Source: an uncultured Gemmatimonadales bacterium
GTDB lineage: Bacteria > Gemmatimonadota > Gemmatimonadetes > Gemmatimonadales > GWC2-71-9
Reading direction: 5' to 3'
NCBI GenBank assembly: GCA_963779755.1
Contig: CAVZZO010000001.1
Span: 2,272,001 to 2,336,000 of the forward strand
DNA: 64,000 nucleotides
Both the position numbers and the translations under genes were made by a program. The notes below the pieces were generated by a model. The model made no database searches. It was not told the origin of the DNA and saw only the letters and a list, made by a program, of their open reading frames with translations. This document shows, piece after piece, positions 41,270-50,944 of this stretch (positions are counted from its first letter, which is position 1; the number at the start of each line of letters is the position of its first letter).

Positions 41270-41734
41270 ATGCTTGTGGTGGATGTACGGGAGCTCCGGA
41301 ACGGTCCGGTAGAGACCGTCGGGACACTCCCGCCGGAGGACAAAACCTTCGCCGGCCTGGATGTGAAATTGACGGCCCCGCTGGTGGTGCGGGGCCGGCT
41401 GCAGGCCACGGCAGAGGGCGAGTATTACTGGCAGGGTCACATCGCCGGCCGGGTGCGGAGCACCTGCCGGCGATGCCTGGCCGAGGGGGACAAGCCGGTC
41501 GAGGCGGCGCTCAACCTGATGTTCAGCGCCAACCCCGACACGGCCGACGATCCGAGCGTGTATCAGCTCGAGGAACACAGCCGGCAGGTAGATTTGCGGC
41601 CGGCCATCCGGGAAGAACTGGCCCTGGCCGCGCCGGCCTTCCCGTTGTGCCGGGACGATTGTGCGGGACTCTGCCCCACCTGCGGGGCCGACTTGAACGC
41701 GGGGCCCTGCGGCTGCGGCTCCGACCAGACCTGA
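41270..41734 (+). CDS. yceD: DUF177/YceD family protein
   Basis: CRRCL and PLCRDDCAGLCPTCGADLN motifs; upstream of rpmF. Confidence 0.9.
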   Translation: MLVVDVRELRNGPVETVGTLPPEDKTFAGLDVKLTAPLVVRGRLQATAEGEYYWQGHIAGRVRSTCRRCLAEGDKPVEAALNLMFSANPDTADDPSVYQLEEHSRQVDLRPAIREELALAAPAFPLCRDDCAGLCPTCGADLNAGPCGCGSDQT

Positions 41735-41741
41735 GGATACC

Positions 41742-41924
41742 ATGGCAGTTCCCAAGAGGCGGACCTCCAAGGCCCGCAAGCGTTCCCGTCGGAGCCACCA
41801 CAGCGGTGCCGGCATGGCGGTCCAGCCCTGTCCAAGGTGCGACTCGCCCAAGCTGTCGCACAGAGTCTGCCCCACCTGCGGCTACTACCGCGGGAAGAAA
41901 ATGGTCGAGGTCGAGGACGCCTGA
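41742..41924 (+). CDS. rpmF: 50S ribosomal protein L32
   Basis: MAVPKRRTSKARK, CPRC...HRVCPTCGYYRG. Confidence 0.96.
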   Translation: MAVPKRRTSKARKRSRRSHHSGAGMAVQPCPRCDSPKLSHRVCPTCGYYRGKKMVEVEDA

Positions 41925-41926
41925 GC

Positions 41927-42940
41927 GTGATCCGTGTCGCGCTGGACGCCATGGGTGGGGATCACGCCCCGCAGGTCGAGGTTGACGGAGCGGCCCTGGC
42001 CCTCGCCGAACTGCCGGCCGCCTTTCTGATCCAGCTGGTGGGTTCCACCGAGCGGATCGAGGCGGAACTGGCCCGGCATCCGGGGCTCGATCGCTCCCGC
42101 ATCGAGATCCGGGAGGCGCCCGAAGTGATCGGCATGGGCGAGAAGCCTCTGGCCGCTATCCGGCGCAAACCGAAGAGCAGCATCAACGTGGGTGTGGGCC
42201 TCCAGAAGGCGGGGGAGGCCGATGCCTTCGTGTCTGCGGGCAACACCGGCGCTATCCTGGCGGCCTCCACCCTGCACCTGGGGCTGCACGACGGGGTCGA
42301 GCGCGCCACGGTGGCGACACTCTTTCCCACCGCCACGCGGCCCTGCCTGGTGCTGGACGCCGGGGCCAACGTGGACTGCTCGCCCCGCGAACTGGTCTGC
42401 TTTGCCCACCTGGGTACCGTGTACGCCCGCGATCTGCTGGGCCAGGCCAAGCCCGCGGTGGCGCTGCTCAACATCGGCGAAGAGGACGAAAAGGGGAACG
42501 CCACGGTGCGCCAGGCGCACCAGCTGCTCAAGCAGGACACCCGGCTCAATTACATCGGCAACATCGAGGGGCGCGACATCCTGGCCGGCCACGAGAAGCA
42601 CGGGTCGGTGGACGTGGTCGTCACCGACGGGTTCGTGGGCAATATCGTGCTCAAGTTCTATGAGTCGGTGGCCCGCCTGATCGTCCGCCTGGTCCGGCGC
42701 GACGCGCCCGAAGTCATGGAACGGCAGGACATCCGCAAGATCTTCCGCTTCCTCGACTACTCCGAATACGGCGGCGCGCCGCTGCTCGGAGTGAAGGGGG
42801 TCTGTATCATCTGCCACGGCTCCTCCACCACCAACGCCGTCAAGAACGCCATCCGGGTGGCCGTTCAGGCGGTGGAGACCGGGCTGTCCCGCCACATCGG
42901 CGCGGAGTTCGCCGGCCGCGACATCCCCGCGCAGGCATGA
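41927..42940 (+). CDS. plsX: Phosphate acyltransferase
   Basis: ALDAMGGDHAP, SAGNTGA, DAGAN, DGFVGN, GAPLLG. Confidence 0.95.
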   Translation: MIRVALDAMGGDHAPQVEVDGAALALAELPAAFLIQLVGSTERIEAELARHPGLDRSRIEIREAPEVIGMGEKPLAAIRRKPKSSINVGVGLQKAGEADAFVSAGNTGAILAASTLHLGLHDGVERATVATLFPTATRPCLVLDAGANVDCSPRELVCFAHLGTVYARDLLGQAKPAVALLNIGEEDEKGNATVRQAHQLLKQDTRLNYIGNIEGRDILAGHEKHGSVDVVVTDGFVGNIVLKFYESVARLIVRLVRRDAPEVMERQDIRKIFRFLDYSEYGGAPLLGVKGVCIICHGSSTTNAVKNAIRVAVQAVETGLSRHIGAEFAGRDIPAQA

Positions 42941-43932
42941 TGCAGCGACCCTTCGCCCGCGTCGCGGGGCTCGGCGTGGCCGTACCCCAGAAGATCCTCA
43001 CCAACGCCGATTTCGAGCGGATGTTCGACACGTCCGACCAGTGGATCGTCGAGCGGACCGGCATTCGCGAGCGGCATATCGCGGGCCCCGGGGACACCGT
43101 CGCCGGCCTGTCGGAACAGGCGTCCCGCATCGCGCTGGAGCAGGCGGGCCTCACGCCCATGGACCTGGGCGCCATCGTGGTGGGCACCGCCACGCCCGAC
43201 CGGCTGCTGCCGGCCACCGCGTGCGACCTGCAGGCGCTGCTGGGCGCCGAGAACGCCGCCGCGTTCGACATCTCCACCGCCTGCCCGGGCTTCATCTACG
43301 CCACCAGCATCGCCGAGGCGCTGATCGCCCAGGGGCAGTCGGAGAACGTCCTGGTGCTGGGTGCCGAGAAGCTGTCCACCATCACCGACTACCAGGACCG
43401 CTCGACCGCGGTGCTCTTCGGTGACGGCGCGGGCGCGGCGGTGATCCGGCGGACCGACGGCGCCGACGGCCGCGGTATTCTCTCCACCTTCCTCAAGACC
43501 GACGGCCGGCTGGCCAACCTGCTCTACCGCCCGGGCGGCGGCTCCAGCGACCCCATCAGCGACAAGGTCGTCTCGGAACGCACGCACTACATCAAGATGG
43601 CGGGGCGCGAAGTCTTCAAGGCGGCGGTGCTGGCCATGTCCGAGGCCTGCGACCAGGCGCTGGCCCGCGCCGGACTCACCGGCGACGATATCGATCTGCT
43701 GGTGCCGCACCAAGCCAATATCCGGATCATCGAGGCGACGGCCAAGCATGCCGGCGTACCCATGGCCAAGGTCATGGTCAATATCGACCGTTACGGCAAC
43801 ACCTCCTCGGCGTCCATCCCGCTGGCGATCGATCAGGCGCGATCCGAGGGGCGGATCAAACCCGGGTCCATCCTGCTGCTGGTGGCCTTCGGCGCGGGGT
43901 TCACCTGGGGGAGCGTGGTCCTGCGTTGGTGA
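42937..43932 (+). CDS. fabH: 3-oxoacyl-ACP synthase III
   Basis: TACPGF, LFGDGAGA, PHQANIRI, YGNTSSAS, FGAGFTWG. Confidence 0.95.
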   Translation: MMQRPFARVAGLGVAVPQKILTNADFERMFDTSDQWIVERTGIRERHIAGPGDTVAGLSEQASRIALEQAGLTPMDLGAIVVGTATPDRLLPATACDLQALLGAENAAAFDISTACPGFIYATSIAEALIAQGQSENVLVLGAEKLSTITDYQDRSTAVLFGDGAGAAVIRRTDGADGRGILSTFLKTDGRLANLLYRPGGGSSDPISDKVVSERTHYIKMAGREVFKAAVLAMSEACDQALARAGLTGDDIDLLVPHQANIRIIEATAKHAGVPMAKVMVNIDRYGNTSSASIPLAIDQARSEGRIKPGSILLLVAFGAGFTWGSVVLRW

Positions 43933-44849
43933 CCGTCCTGCTGTGTCCGGGCCAGGGTGCGCAGAAGGTGGGCATGGCGCGCGACCTGGCGGAGCGCTTT
44001 CCCGCCGCGCGGGAGATGCTCGCGCGTCTGGATAGCGCGCTCGGATTCCCGCTCTCCCGCCTCATGGCCGAGGGCCCGGAGGAGGAGCTGACCCGCACCG
44101 ATAATGCCCAGCCGGCCATCCTGGCGCATACGGTGGCGGTCTTCACCGTGGTGCGCGAACGGCTGGGGCCGGTGAGCGCAGCCGCGGGGCATAGCCTGGG
44201 CGAGTACAGCGCCTACGTGACCGCCGGGACCTTGTCCCCGGAAGCGGCGGCGCGGCTGGTCCGGCGCCGCGGCGAGCTGATGCTCGAGGCCGGGGCCCGG
44301 CGCCCGGGCACCATGGCCGCCGTGCTGGGGCTGGGCGAAGCCGACGTGGATGCGGCCTGCCAGGAGGCGGCGGTCGAGGGCATGGTGGTAGCTGCCAACC
44401 TGAATGCGCCGGACCAGACGGTCATTTCGGGCGAGCCGGCGGCGGTGCAGGCGGCGGGGGAGCGGTGCAAGGCGCGCGGCGCCAGGCGGGTGCTGCCGCT
44501 CAAGGTGAGCGGCGCATTTCATTCGCCGCTCATGGCGCCCGCGGTCGACGGCCTGCACGATGCGCTGGCCGCGGTCCCGTTCACCGATCCGGCCTTCCCG
44601 GTGGTCGCCAACGCCAGCGGCGAGCTGGTCCGTACCTCGGCCGACGCCAAGCGGCTGCTCACCGACCAGCTTACCGCCCCGGTCCGCTGGGTCGGCTGCA
44701 TGCGGACGGCGGCCAAGCTGGGAGACGATATCCGGTTCGTGGAGCTTGGGCCCGGCAGTGTGCTCTCGGGCCTGGCCCGCAAGATTCTCCCCGGCGCCAA
44801 TACCGTAAGCCTGGGGACGGCCGACGAGGTGGAGCAATTCCTGGCATGA
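43926..44849 (+). CDS. fabD: Malonyl-CoA:ACP transacylase
   Basis: PGQGAQ, AQPAI, GHSLGEY, VSGAFHS. Confidence 0.95.
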   Translation: MVTVLLCPGQGAQKVGMARDLAERFPAAREMLARLDSALGFPLSRLMAEGPEEELTRTDNAQPAILAHTVAVFTVVRERLGPVSAAAGHSLGEYSAYVTAGTLSPEAAARLVRRRGELMLEAGARRPGTMAAVLGLGEADVDAACQEAAVEGMVVAANLNAPDQTVISGEPAAVQAAGERCKARGARRVLPLKVSGAFHSPLMAPAVDGLHDALAAVPFTDPAFPVVANASGELVRTSADAKRLLTDQLTAPVRWVGCMRTAAKLGDDIRFVELGPGSVLSGLARKILPGANTVSLGTADEVEQFLA

Positions 44850-45586
44850 TCTCCATCGACCTGAGCGGGCGCACCGCCTTCGTGACCGGCAGCACCCGCG
44901 GCATCGGGCTGGCCACGGCGCAGCGCCTGCACCAGGCGGGGGCGAAAGTGGCCATCGTCGGCCGGGATGCCGCCAAGGCACGCGAGGTAGCGGCCAGCCT
45001 GGGCGAGGGGGCCGCCGGGGTCGGCTGCGATGTGCTGGATGCGGGACAGGTCGAAGCCGCGCTGAAGGAGGCCGAGGCGGCCCTGGGGCCGGTGGACATC
45101 CTGGTGAACAATGCCGGGCTGGCGCGAGACAACCTGCTGCTGCGGATGAGCGAGGACGACTGGGATACGGTGCTGGACGCCAACCTCAAGGGCGCGTTCC
45201 ACACCACCCGGCTTTGCCTGCGCGGCATGATGAAGCGTCGTTGGGGCCGGATCATCAACATCAGCAGCGTGGTGGGGCTGACGGGCAACAAGGGCCAGGC
45301 GAACTACGCCGCCAGCAAGGGCGGCCTCATCGCCTTCAGCCGGTCGGTGGCCAAGGAGTATGCCAGCCGCAACGTGCTGGTGAACTGCGTGGCCCCCGGT
45401 TTCATTGAAACGGATATGACGCGCGACTTGCCCGGGGAAGTGCGCGGGGCAATGTTAGGTACCGTTGCCCTGGAGCGTCCCGGCGCGCCCGAGGATGTGG
45501 CGGGAGCCGTGGTGTTTCTCGCCTCCGAGCTGGCGGGGTACATTACCGGCCAGGTGCTGGTGGTTGACGGCGGCATGGTTTTCTGA
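44846..45586 (+). CDS. fabG: 3-oxoacyl-ACP reductase
   Basis: [32 protein letters not shown]. Confidence 0.95.
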   Translation: MISIDLSGRTAFVTGSTRGIGLATAQRLHQAGAKVAIVGRDAAKAREVAASLGEGAAGVGCDVLDAGQVEAALKEAEAALGPVDILVNNAGLARDNLLLRMSEDDWDTVLDANLKGAFHTTRLCLRGMMKRRWGRIINISSVVGLTGNKGQANYAASKGGLIAFSRSVAKEYASRNVLVNCVAPGFIETDMTRDLPGEVRGAMLGTVALERPGAPEDVAGAVVFLASELAGYITGQVLVVDGGMVF

Positions 45587-45614
45587 GAATTCTTCCACCC
45601 CTGTCGAGGACAGC

Positions 45615-45854
45615 ATGAGCGAGATCGAAGAGAAGGTCAAAGACATCATCGTCGAGGAGCTGGGCGTCGAGCGCGAGAAGCTCACCGATGAGGCCAGCTT
45701 CATGGAAGACCTCGGCGCGGACAGTCTCGACACGGTCGAGCTGGTCATGGCCTTCGAGAAGGAATTCGACATCGACATCCCCGACGAAGAGGCGGAGAAG
45801 CTCCGCACCGTGGGCGATGCGATGAAATATCTGCACGAGAAGCTCGGGAAGTAG
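45615..45854 (+). CDS. acpP: Acyl carrier protein
   Basis: [17 protein letters not shown]. Confidence 0.96.
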   Translation: MSEIEEKVKDIIVEELGVEREKLTDEASFMEDLGADSLDTVELVMAFEKEFDIDIPDEEAEKLRTVGDAMKYLHEKLGK

Positions 45855-47101
45855 TGCCGCATCGCGTCGTCGTCACCGGGCTGGGCCTGGTGACGCCCGT
45901 CGGGACCACCGTCGCCGACACCTGGCAGGCGTTGCTGTCGGGTGCCTCCGGCGCGGGGCCGATCACCAAGTTCGATCCATCCGCCCTGCAGGTGCGGTTC
46001 GCCTGCGAGGTGAGGGGCTTCGATGCCCTGCAATACATGGATCGCAAGGAGGTGAAGCGAACCGACCTCTATTCCCGGTTCGCGCTGGCCGCGGCCCACC
46101 AGGCCATTACCCAGGCCGGGCTGGAGGGGAAGTTCCCCCATCCGGGACGCACCGGGGTGGTCATCGGCAGCGGCATCGGCGGGATGGAAACCTACGAGGA
46201 AAACTGCAAGATCTTCCTCACCAAGGGTCCCGACCGGGTGTCGCCCTTCTTCGTGCCGATGTTCATCCCCGACATGGCGGCGGGGCTGGTCTCCATGCGC
46301 TACGGCCTCAAGGGGCCCAATTTCGCCACGGTGTCCGCCTGCGCCTCCTCGGCCCACGCCATCGGCGAATCGTACAAGATGATCAAGCACGGCGTGGCCG
46401 ATGCCATGGTATCGGGCGGCGCCGAGGCGGCCATCACCGGGCTTACCATCGCAGCCTTCAGCAACATGAAGGCGCTCAGCACCCGCAACGACGCGCCCAA
46501 GGAAGCCAGCCGGCCCTTCGACGCGCTGCGCGACGGGTTCGTGCTGGGCGACGGCGGAGCGGTGGTGGTGCTGGAGAGTCTGGAGCACGCGCAGGCCCGG
46601 GGCGCCGCCATCCTGGGCGAGGTGATCGGCTACGGCATGAGCGCCGACGCCTACCACATGACCTCCCCCGCGCCCGACGGGGAAGGGGCCCAGCGTGCTA
46701 TCCGGGCCTGCCTGGCGGACGGGAAGATCGATCCGGCGCAGGTGGACTACATCAACGCCCACGGCACGTCCACGATGCTGGGCGACATCGCCGAGACCAA
46801 GGCCGTGAAGGCGGTCTTTGGCCAGCACGCGCGGGAGCTGGTCTTCGGCAGCACCAAGAGCATGACCGGCCACCTGCTGGGCGCCGCCGGCGGCCTGGAG
46901 TTCGCGGTGAGCCTCCTCGCCGCCACCCAGGATGTGATCCCCCCGACGATCAACCAGGTCCAGCCGGACCCGGAATGCGATCTCGATTGCGCGCCCAATC
47001 AGAAGGTGGAGCGCAAGGTGCGGATTGCGCTCTCGAACTCCTTCGGGTTCGGCGGACACAACGTGACGCTGGGGGTGAAGCGGTTCGAAGAGCAGGATTG
47101 A
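45854..47101 (+). CDS. fabF: 3-oxoacyl-ACP synthase II
   Basis: RVVVTGLG, SACASS, INAHGTST, GHLLGAAG, SNSFGFGGHN. Confidence 0.96.
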   Translation: MPHRVVVTGLGLVTPVGTTVADTWQALLSGASGAGPITKFDPSALQVRFACEVRGFDALQYMDRKEVKRTDLYSRFALAAAHQAITQAGLEGKFPHPGRTGVVIGSGIGGMETYEENCKIFLTKGPDRVSPFFVPMFIPDMAAGLVSMRYGLKGPNFATVSACASSAHAIGESYKMIKHGVADAMVSGGAEAAITGLTIAAFSNMKALSTRNDAPKEASRPFDALRDGFVLGDGGAVVVLESLEHAQARGAAILGEVIGYGMSADAYHMTSPAPDGEGAQRAIRACLADGKIDPAQVDYINAHGTSTMLGDIAETKAVKAVFGQHARELVFGSTKSMTGHLLGAAGGLEFAVSLLAATQDVIPPTINQVQPDPECDLDCAPNQKVERKVRIALSNSFGFGGHNVTLGVKRFEEQD

Positions 47102-47218
47102 GGATTGGGCATGGAGGGCCCGGCAGGCTCCGCTCGACCCTCTTGACTCTCTCGACCCCCTCGACCTATCACTCAGGGGAGTGAAGACGGCGGCATCATG
47201 CAGTCCGGGGGCACCACC

Positions 47219-47377
47219 ATGGCTTTTCTGCTCCTCCTCCAGGATCCTACCACTCTCTGCCAGACCATCGGCGTCTGCCCCGCGACGCAGGCCACCACCG
47301 CGCCCAATCTGCTCTACCTCGCCACCACCATGATCGTCTTCGGGGTGATCATCTACCGGTCGCAGCACCGGCGCTAG
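47219..47377 (+). CDS. Small membrane protein, 52 aa (absent from the ORF track)
   Basis: MAFLLLLQDPTTLCQTIGVCPATQATTAPNLLYLATTMIVFGVIIYRSQHRR; mostly C/G third codon positions; alternative in-frame ATG at 47198. Confidence 0.6.
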   Translation: MAFLLLLQDPTTLCQTIGVCPATQATTAPNLLYLATTMIVFGVIIYRSQHRR

Positions 47378-47461
47378 GGACCAGGAGTCAGGAATCAGGG
47401 ACCAGGGAGTCCGCCTCCCTGATTCCCCATTCCTGATTCCCGGTTCCTGATTCCTGGTCCC
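47378..47461. repeat. Inverted GGAATCA/GGGACCA heptamer element
   Basis: ggaccaggagtcaggaatcagggaccaggga ... tccctgattccccattcctgattcccggttcctgattcctggtccc. Confidence 0.88.
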
Positions 47462-47480
47462 TTCCGCAAGGAACTTTTCC

Positions 47481-47813
47481 ATGGCCTCCGACCTTCTCTT
47501 CATCGGCATCAAGGGCCACGTGGTGGCGCTGGATGCGTACACCGGGACGGAACACTGGCGGACGAAACTGGCCGGCGCCGCCTTCGTGACCGTCGCCAGC
47601 GACGGCGCCCGACTCTACGCCGCGGCGCGGGGGGAAGTGTTCTGCCTCGACCGGACCACCGGTGCCGTCATCTGGCACAACGGGATGAAGGGGATGGGCT
47701 ACGGCCTGGCGAGTCTGCTGCCGCCGGGAGCCCTGACCGGCGGGAGCGAGGCGCTGGCCGAGGCGCAACGTCGGATCGAAGCGCAGCGCCAGGCGGCGCA
47801 TGGGGTGGGATAG
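47481..47813 (+). CDS. Small PQQ-like beta-propeller repeat protein
   Basis: VVALDAYTGTEHW and VFCLDRTTGAVIW blades; AAGGA RBS. Confidence 0.75.
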   Translation: MASDLLFIGIKGHVVALDAYTGTEHWRTKLAGAAFVTVASDGARLYAAARGEVFCLDRTTGAVIWHNGMKGMGYGLASLLPPGALTGGSEALAEAQRRIEAQRQAAHGVG

Positions 47814-48090
47814 AGACAACATGAAGGAAGAAGGGACTGAGGACTGAGCCGGTTGGCATTGGTTCTTGGCATGGTGTGCGGTGTCGTATCTGACGGTAGA
47901 TGCGGGGATTCGCGACACTCGATGTCACCGCACCAGGGGCAGGGAGAATCGCCTCGGAGGCAAGGAGGCAGGAAGGGAGGTCGTAAGCGTCAGTCGTTGA
48001 TGAAGCTGGTGAACCCCTCCCTGGATGCGACCTCTTGACAAGCCCCGTACCGCCGGCAGGTTATCGAGATCTCCAATGGAGGCGGCTTTC

Positions 48091-48863
48091 GTGAGACGAT
48101 ACCTGTTGGTTCTCGGGGGGGGGGCGCTAGCCCTCCTGGGTGGCTGCAGTGGCCCAGAAGTGGTGGGCAGTAGCTCGGGGTCGGAGCATGTGTTGGTGGG
48201 GAAGGCAAGCCCGTCTACCCAATCGGACCCGATGAACCGGTTGGGGGCGGCGCTGGCGCTTTCTCTGGTAATCCCGCCGTAGCATCCTGGGTCAGGACCT
48301 CCATCCAGGCATCTCCATTCGTGGAGTACAGGATTTCGCTGAAGTCGGACCTGGTGGCGAGTACTAAATCTCCGGCCATCCGGACCATTCTGGATGCCGC
48401 TGCATTCGGGGCCACGGAAGATACGCAGGTCCAATCCTTCCCGAGCCTGGAACTCTACCTGCCGATCGACTCTCAGCGTCAACTCTGGACCGGCGCCCAG
48501 TCTGTGGACGTAGCAGTCAGGAATGTTGCGACGAAGGGCTACCGGATCTTCTCGGAGGATGGAAGCTGGCAAGATGTCCCTTGGGATTACGACCCCGGGA
48601 GCCGGATCACCTTCGTGCTTGCCAGAAGTGAGATCGATTACTCCGATACGACTAGTTCTCTGCGAGGTAGCCGGACCGGCGATGGGATCCTCCAGAGTGG
48701 CAACGGGCCAGCGAGACAGGACTGCACGCCCGAAACGTGCAACGGAGGTGGCGGAGGCGGAGGTGGTGGCGGCGGGGGCGGGGGAAGTGGTGACCCGACC
48801 CTATATACGAAATACACATATCCCAGTGAGCTCAGGATTCAAGTCACCGGGCAGGTACCGTAG
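48091..48863 (+). CDS. Putative lipoprotein with poly-Gly linker, interrupted by a single frameshift near 48268
   Basis: GGAGG RBS + GTG; lipobox LGGC; adding one G in ctggta joins the 48025 and 48321 ORFs into about 257 aa. Confidence 0.55.
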
Positions 48864-48888
48864 ACAATTCAAGGCTAAGGGTAACTCC

Positions 48889-49506
48889 ATGTCCAACGTG
48901 TTGCGGAACCCAGCGCCGTGGATGGCCGTTTCCATCGTCATGGCGGCGCTCGCTAGTTTGCCAAGCACATTGATGGCCCAACGGGCGCACGCCTCCCTCG
49001 AGATGGGCTCAATGAATTATGACGCCGGCGGAGATCTGAACTACCCGCTTCTGGGTGTTCGCTGGGCGTATGATCTCGGCTCCGGGCTTCGAGCAGGTAT
49101 CGGGGCGGGCCGCTCTCGAATTGGCGCGGTTGTAGGCCCAGGCATTTTCCCGGGGGACGAGACGGTATGGCGAGGATATGGCGATCTGTCAGCTGTTGTC
49201 CGAAGGCCGTTCAAGGAAAGTACTTTGCCAATCGTCGATCATCTGAGTTTCAGTGCAGGGGTGAACGCGGGAATGGTCCATGTGAGTGGACGAAGGCTGA
49301 ACCAGGCTGCAATCGACAGCATTCCGTATCCGGCCGTCTTCAGTTCGCGGTATACCGGTCCTTCTGTCGGTGCCGAGGTCGTCGCTTCAATAGAAGTCGC
49401 TCCATGGCTGTCGCTGGATGGCCGGCTGCGCTATTGGAGAGATTTCATATTGGGAGGAGCGTTGGATGATTGGGATCGAGCCCTGGGCTTTAGTGTGGCC
49501 TGGTGA
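48889..49506 (+). CDS. Putative small outer-membrane beta-barrel protein
   Basis: Signal peptide ending LMAQ; alternating beta strands; C-terminal LGFSVAW. Confidence 0.6.
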   Translation: MSNVLRNPAPWMAVSIVMAALASLPSTLMAQRAHASLEMGSMNYDAGGDLNYPLLGVRWAYDLGSGLRAGIGAGRSRIGAVVGPGIFPGDETVWRGYGDLSAVVRRPFKESTLPIVDHLSFSAGVNAGMVHVSGRRLNQAAIDSIPYPAVFSSRYTGPSVGAEVVASIEVAPWLSLDGRLRYWRDFILGGALDDWDRALGFSVAW

Positions 49507-49554
49507 AACACGACTGCGGAGAGTCTCGGTAGCCCCGTTCAGAAGGAGGATTAC

Positions 49555-50004
49555 ATGAGCTTGTCTGGATCAAGGAGACTTGCTGGCATAGTCGCCCTGT
49601 GCGCCACGGCTGTCTGTGCATGTAAGAGTACCCAAGCGGGTCCGTCACTGGCCTACGCTGGGACCTATCACGCATCTCAGAGTGGTTACCAAGCTTCCGT
49701 CCTGACTGTGACCGAGAACGGCGTGACTACGGATCTCTTGGCCAACGGTGCTGTGCTCAATATGATGCTCAGTGATGATGGCGGCACCACGGGCCGTCTG
49801 TTCGCCCCCGGCGCCGACGAGGGGGGCGGGGATCTCGATGTGAGTCTGGACGGCACCTGGACCGAAACCAACGGGGTCGTCCACTTCACCCAGAGTGCCG
49901 ATACCTTCATCCGCGACATTCCGTTCACCCTCTCGGGAAACCTCTTGTCCGGGACGTTCACCGAGCCTGGCCTCGAGGTTCGAGCGGTACTCGTGAAAGA
50001 CTGA
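49555..50004 (+). CDS. Hypothetical lipoprotein
   Basis: AGGAGGA RBS; signal peptide ending VCAC; beta-rich mature part. Confidence 0.7.
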   Translation: MSLSGSRRLAGIVALCATAVCACKSTQAGPSLAYAGTYHASQSGYQASVLTVTENGVTTDLLANGAVLNMMLSDDGGTTGRLFAPGADEGGGDLDVSLDGTWTETNGVVHFTQSADTFIRDIPFTLSGNLLSGTFTEPGLEVRAVLVKD

Positions 50005-50065
50005 GCATCGTGACGAAGGCACGAAGCAATTGGATCTGGTACGCGGCCAACCCGATTGCTTCGCC

Positions 50066-50749
50066 CCCGCTGTCACGCTGAGCGGAGCGAAGCGGCCGAA
50101 ATCCTGCGAGCAGCTTCGGCCCCTTCGGCTGCTCGTCGGCCTCAGGGTGACAGCGGGCAATATGCCGACGCGCGCCCACGTGTATGAATTCACTGCTCGG
50201 CACACCGTGGCTGCGCCACGGGCATGGCCTTGAGATCGCGCGCCGCGCGCACCACCTCACCGATTGCTTCGTCCCCGCTACCACGCTGAGCGCAGCGAAG
50301 CGGCCGGAATCCTGCGATCAGCTTCGGCCCCTTCGGCCGCTCGTCGGCCTCAGGATGACAACCGTACAAGTTGCTTCGTTCCCGCTGTCACGCTGAGCGG
50401 AGCGAAGCGGCCGAAATCCTGCGATCAGCCTCGGCCCCTTCGGCCGCTCGCGGCCTCAGGGTGACAGCCGTGCCATATGCCGCCGTGCCGCCACCTGAAC
50501 GAATTCACGGCTCGGCAGGCCGTGGCTGCGCCCCGGGCAAGATCGTGAGATCGCGCGCGTCGCCGCAGGCGACGCCGTGCCGAGCCGCGGTTTCAACCGC
50601 GTGAATGTGCGGGGCGCCAGGCGCCGGCGCGCACCGCGCACGACCAATTCTAGTGCTGGCTCCCCACTGTCACGCTGAGCGCAGCGAAGCGGCCGAAATC
50701 CTGCGATCAGCTTCGGCCCCTTCGGCCGCTCCGCGGCCTCAGGGTGACA
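50066..50749. repeat. Array of four ~82-bp palindromic REP-like units
   Basis: TGTCACGCTGAGCG...GGCCTCAGGGTGACA at about 50071-50152, 50279-50360, 50386-50466 and 50668-50749. Confidence 0.9.
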
Positions 50750-50851
50750 GCCGTGCCATATCCTGTCAGCCTGACCGCACTGACCGCCCCGTCCTGTGCC
50801 TTGCCAATCCCGCTTAAGCTGTGTTAATTCAACGCCTTCCAAGATCACCCG

Positions 50852-50939
50852 GGACAGGTGGCCGAGTGGTTTAAGGCGCACGCCTGGAGAGCGTGTGGCC
50901 CTCTCAAGGGGCTCGAGGGTTCGAATCCCTCCCTGTCCG
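50852..50939 (+). tRNA. tRNA-Ser (GGA)
   Basis: Acceptor stem GGACAGG/CCTGTCC; anticodon arm CACGC-CTGGAGA-GCGTG; long variable arm; GGTTCGAATCC T-arm; discriminator G; CCA not encoded in register. Confidence 0.95.
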
Positions 50940-50944
50940 TCCAA

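Noticed and set aside
41927..47101. Type II polyketide or other secondary-metabolite cluster
   Set aside because: Canonical plsX-fabH-fabD-fabG-acpP-fabF fatty-acid synthesis order; no chain-length factor or tailoring enzymes
48255..48285. Programmed ribosomal frameshift in the lipoprotein gene
   Set aside because: No slippery heptamer or stimulatory structure seen; a single-base loss in a short G run is the simpler explanation
50066..50749. CRISPR array
   Set aside because: Units are ~82 bp, spacers are very unequal (about 25-200 bp) and partly homologous to each other, and no cas genes are present
47820..50939. Integrative element or prophage at tRNA-Ser
   Set aside because: The islet lies 5' of the tRNA; no integrase, phage gene or duplicated tRNA 3' end was seen
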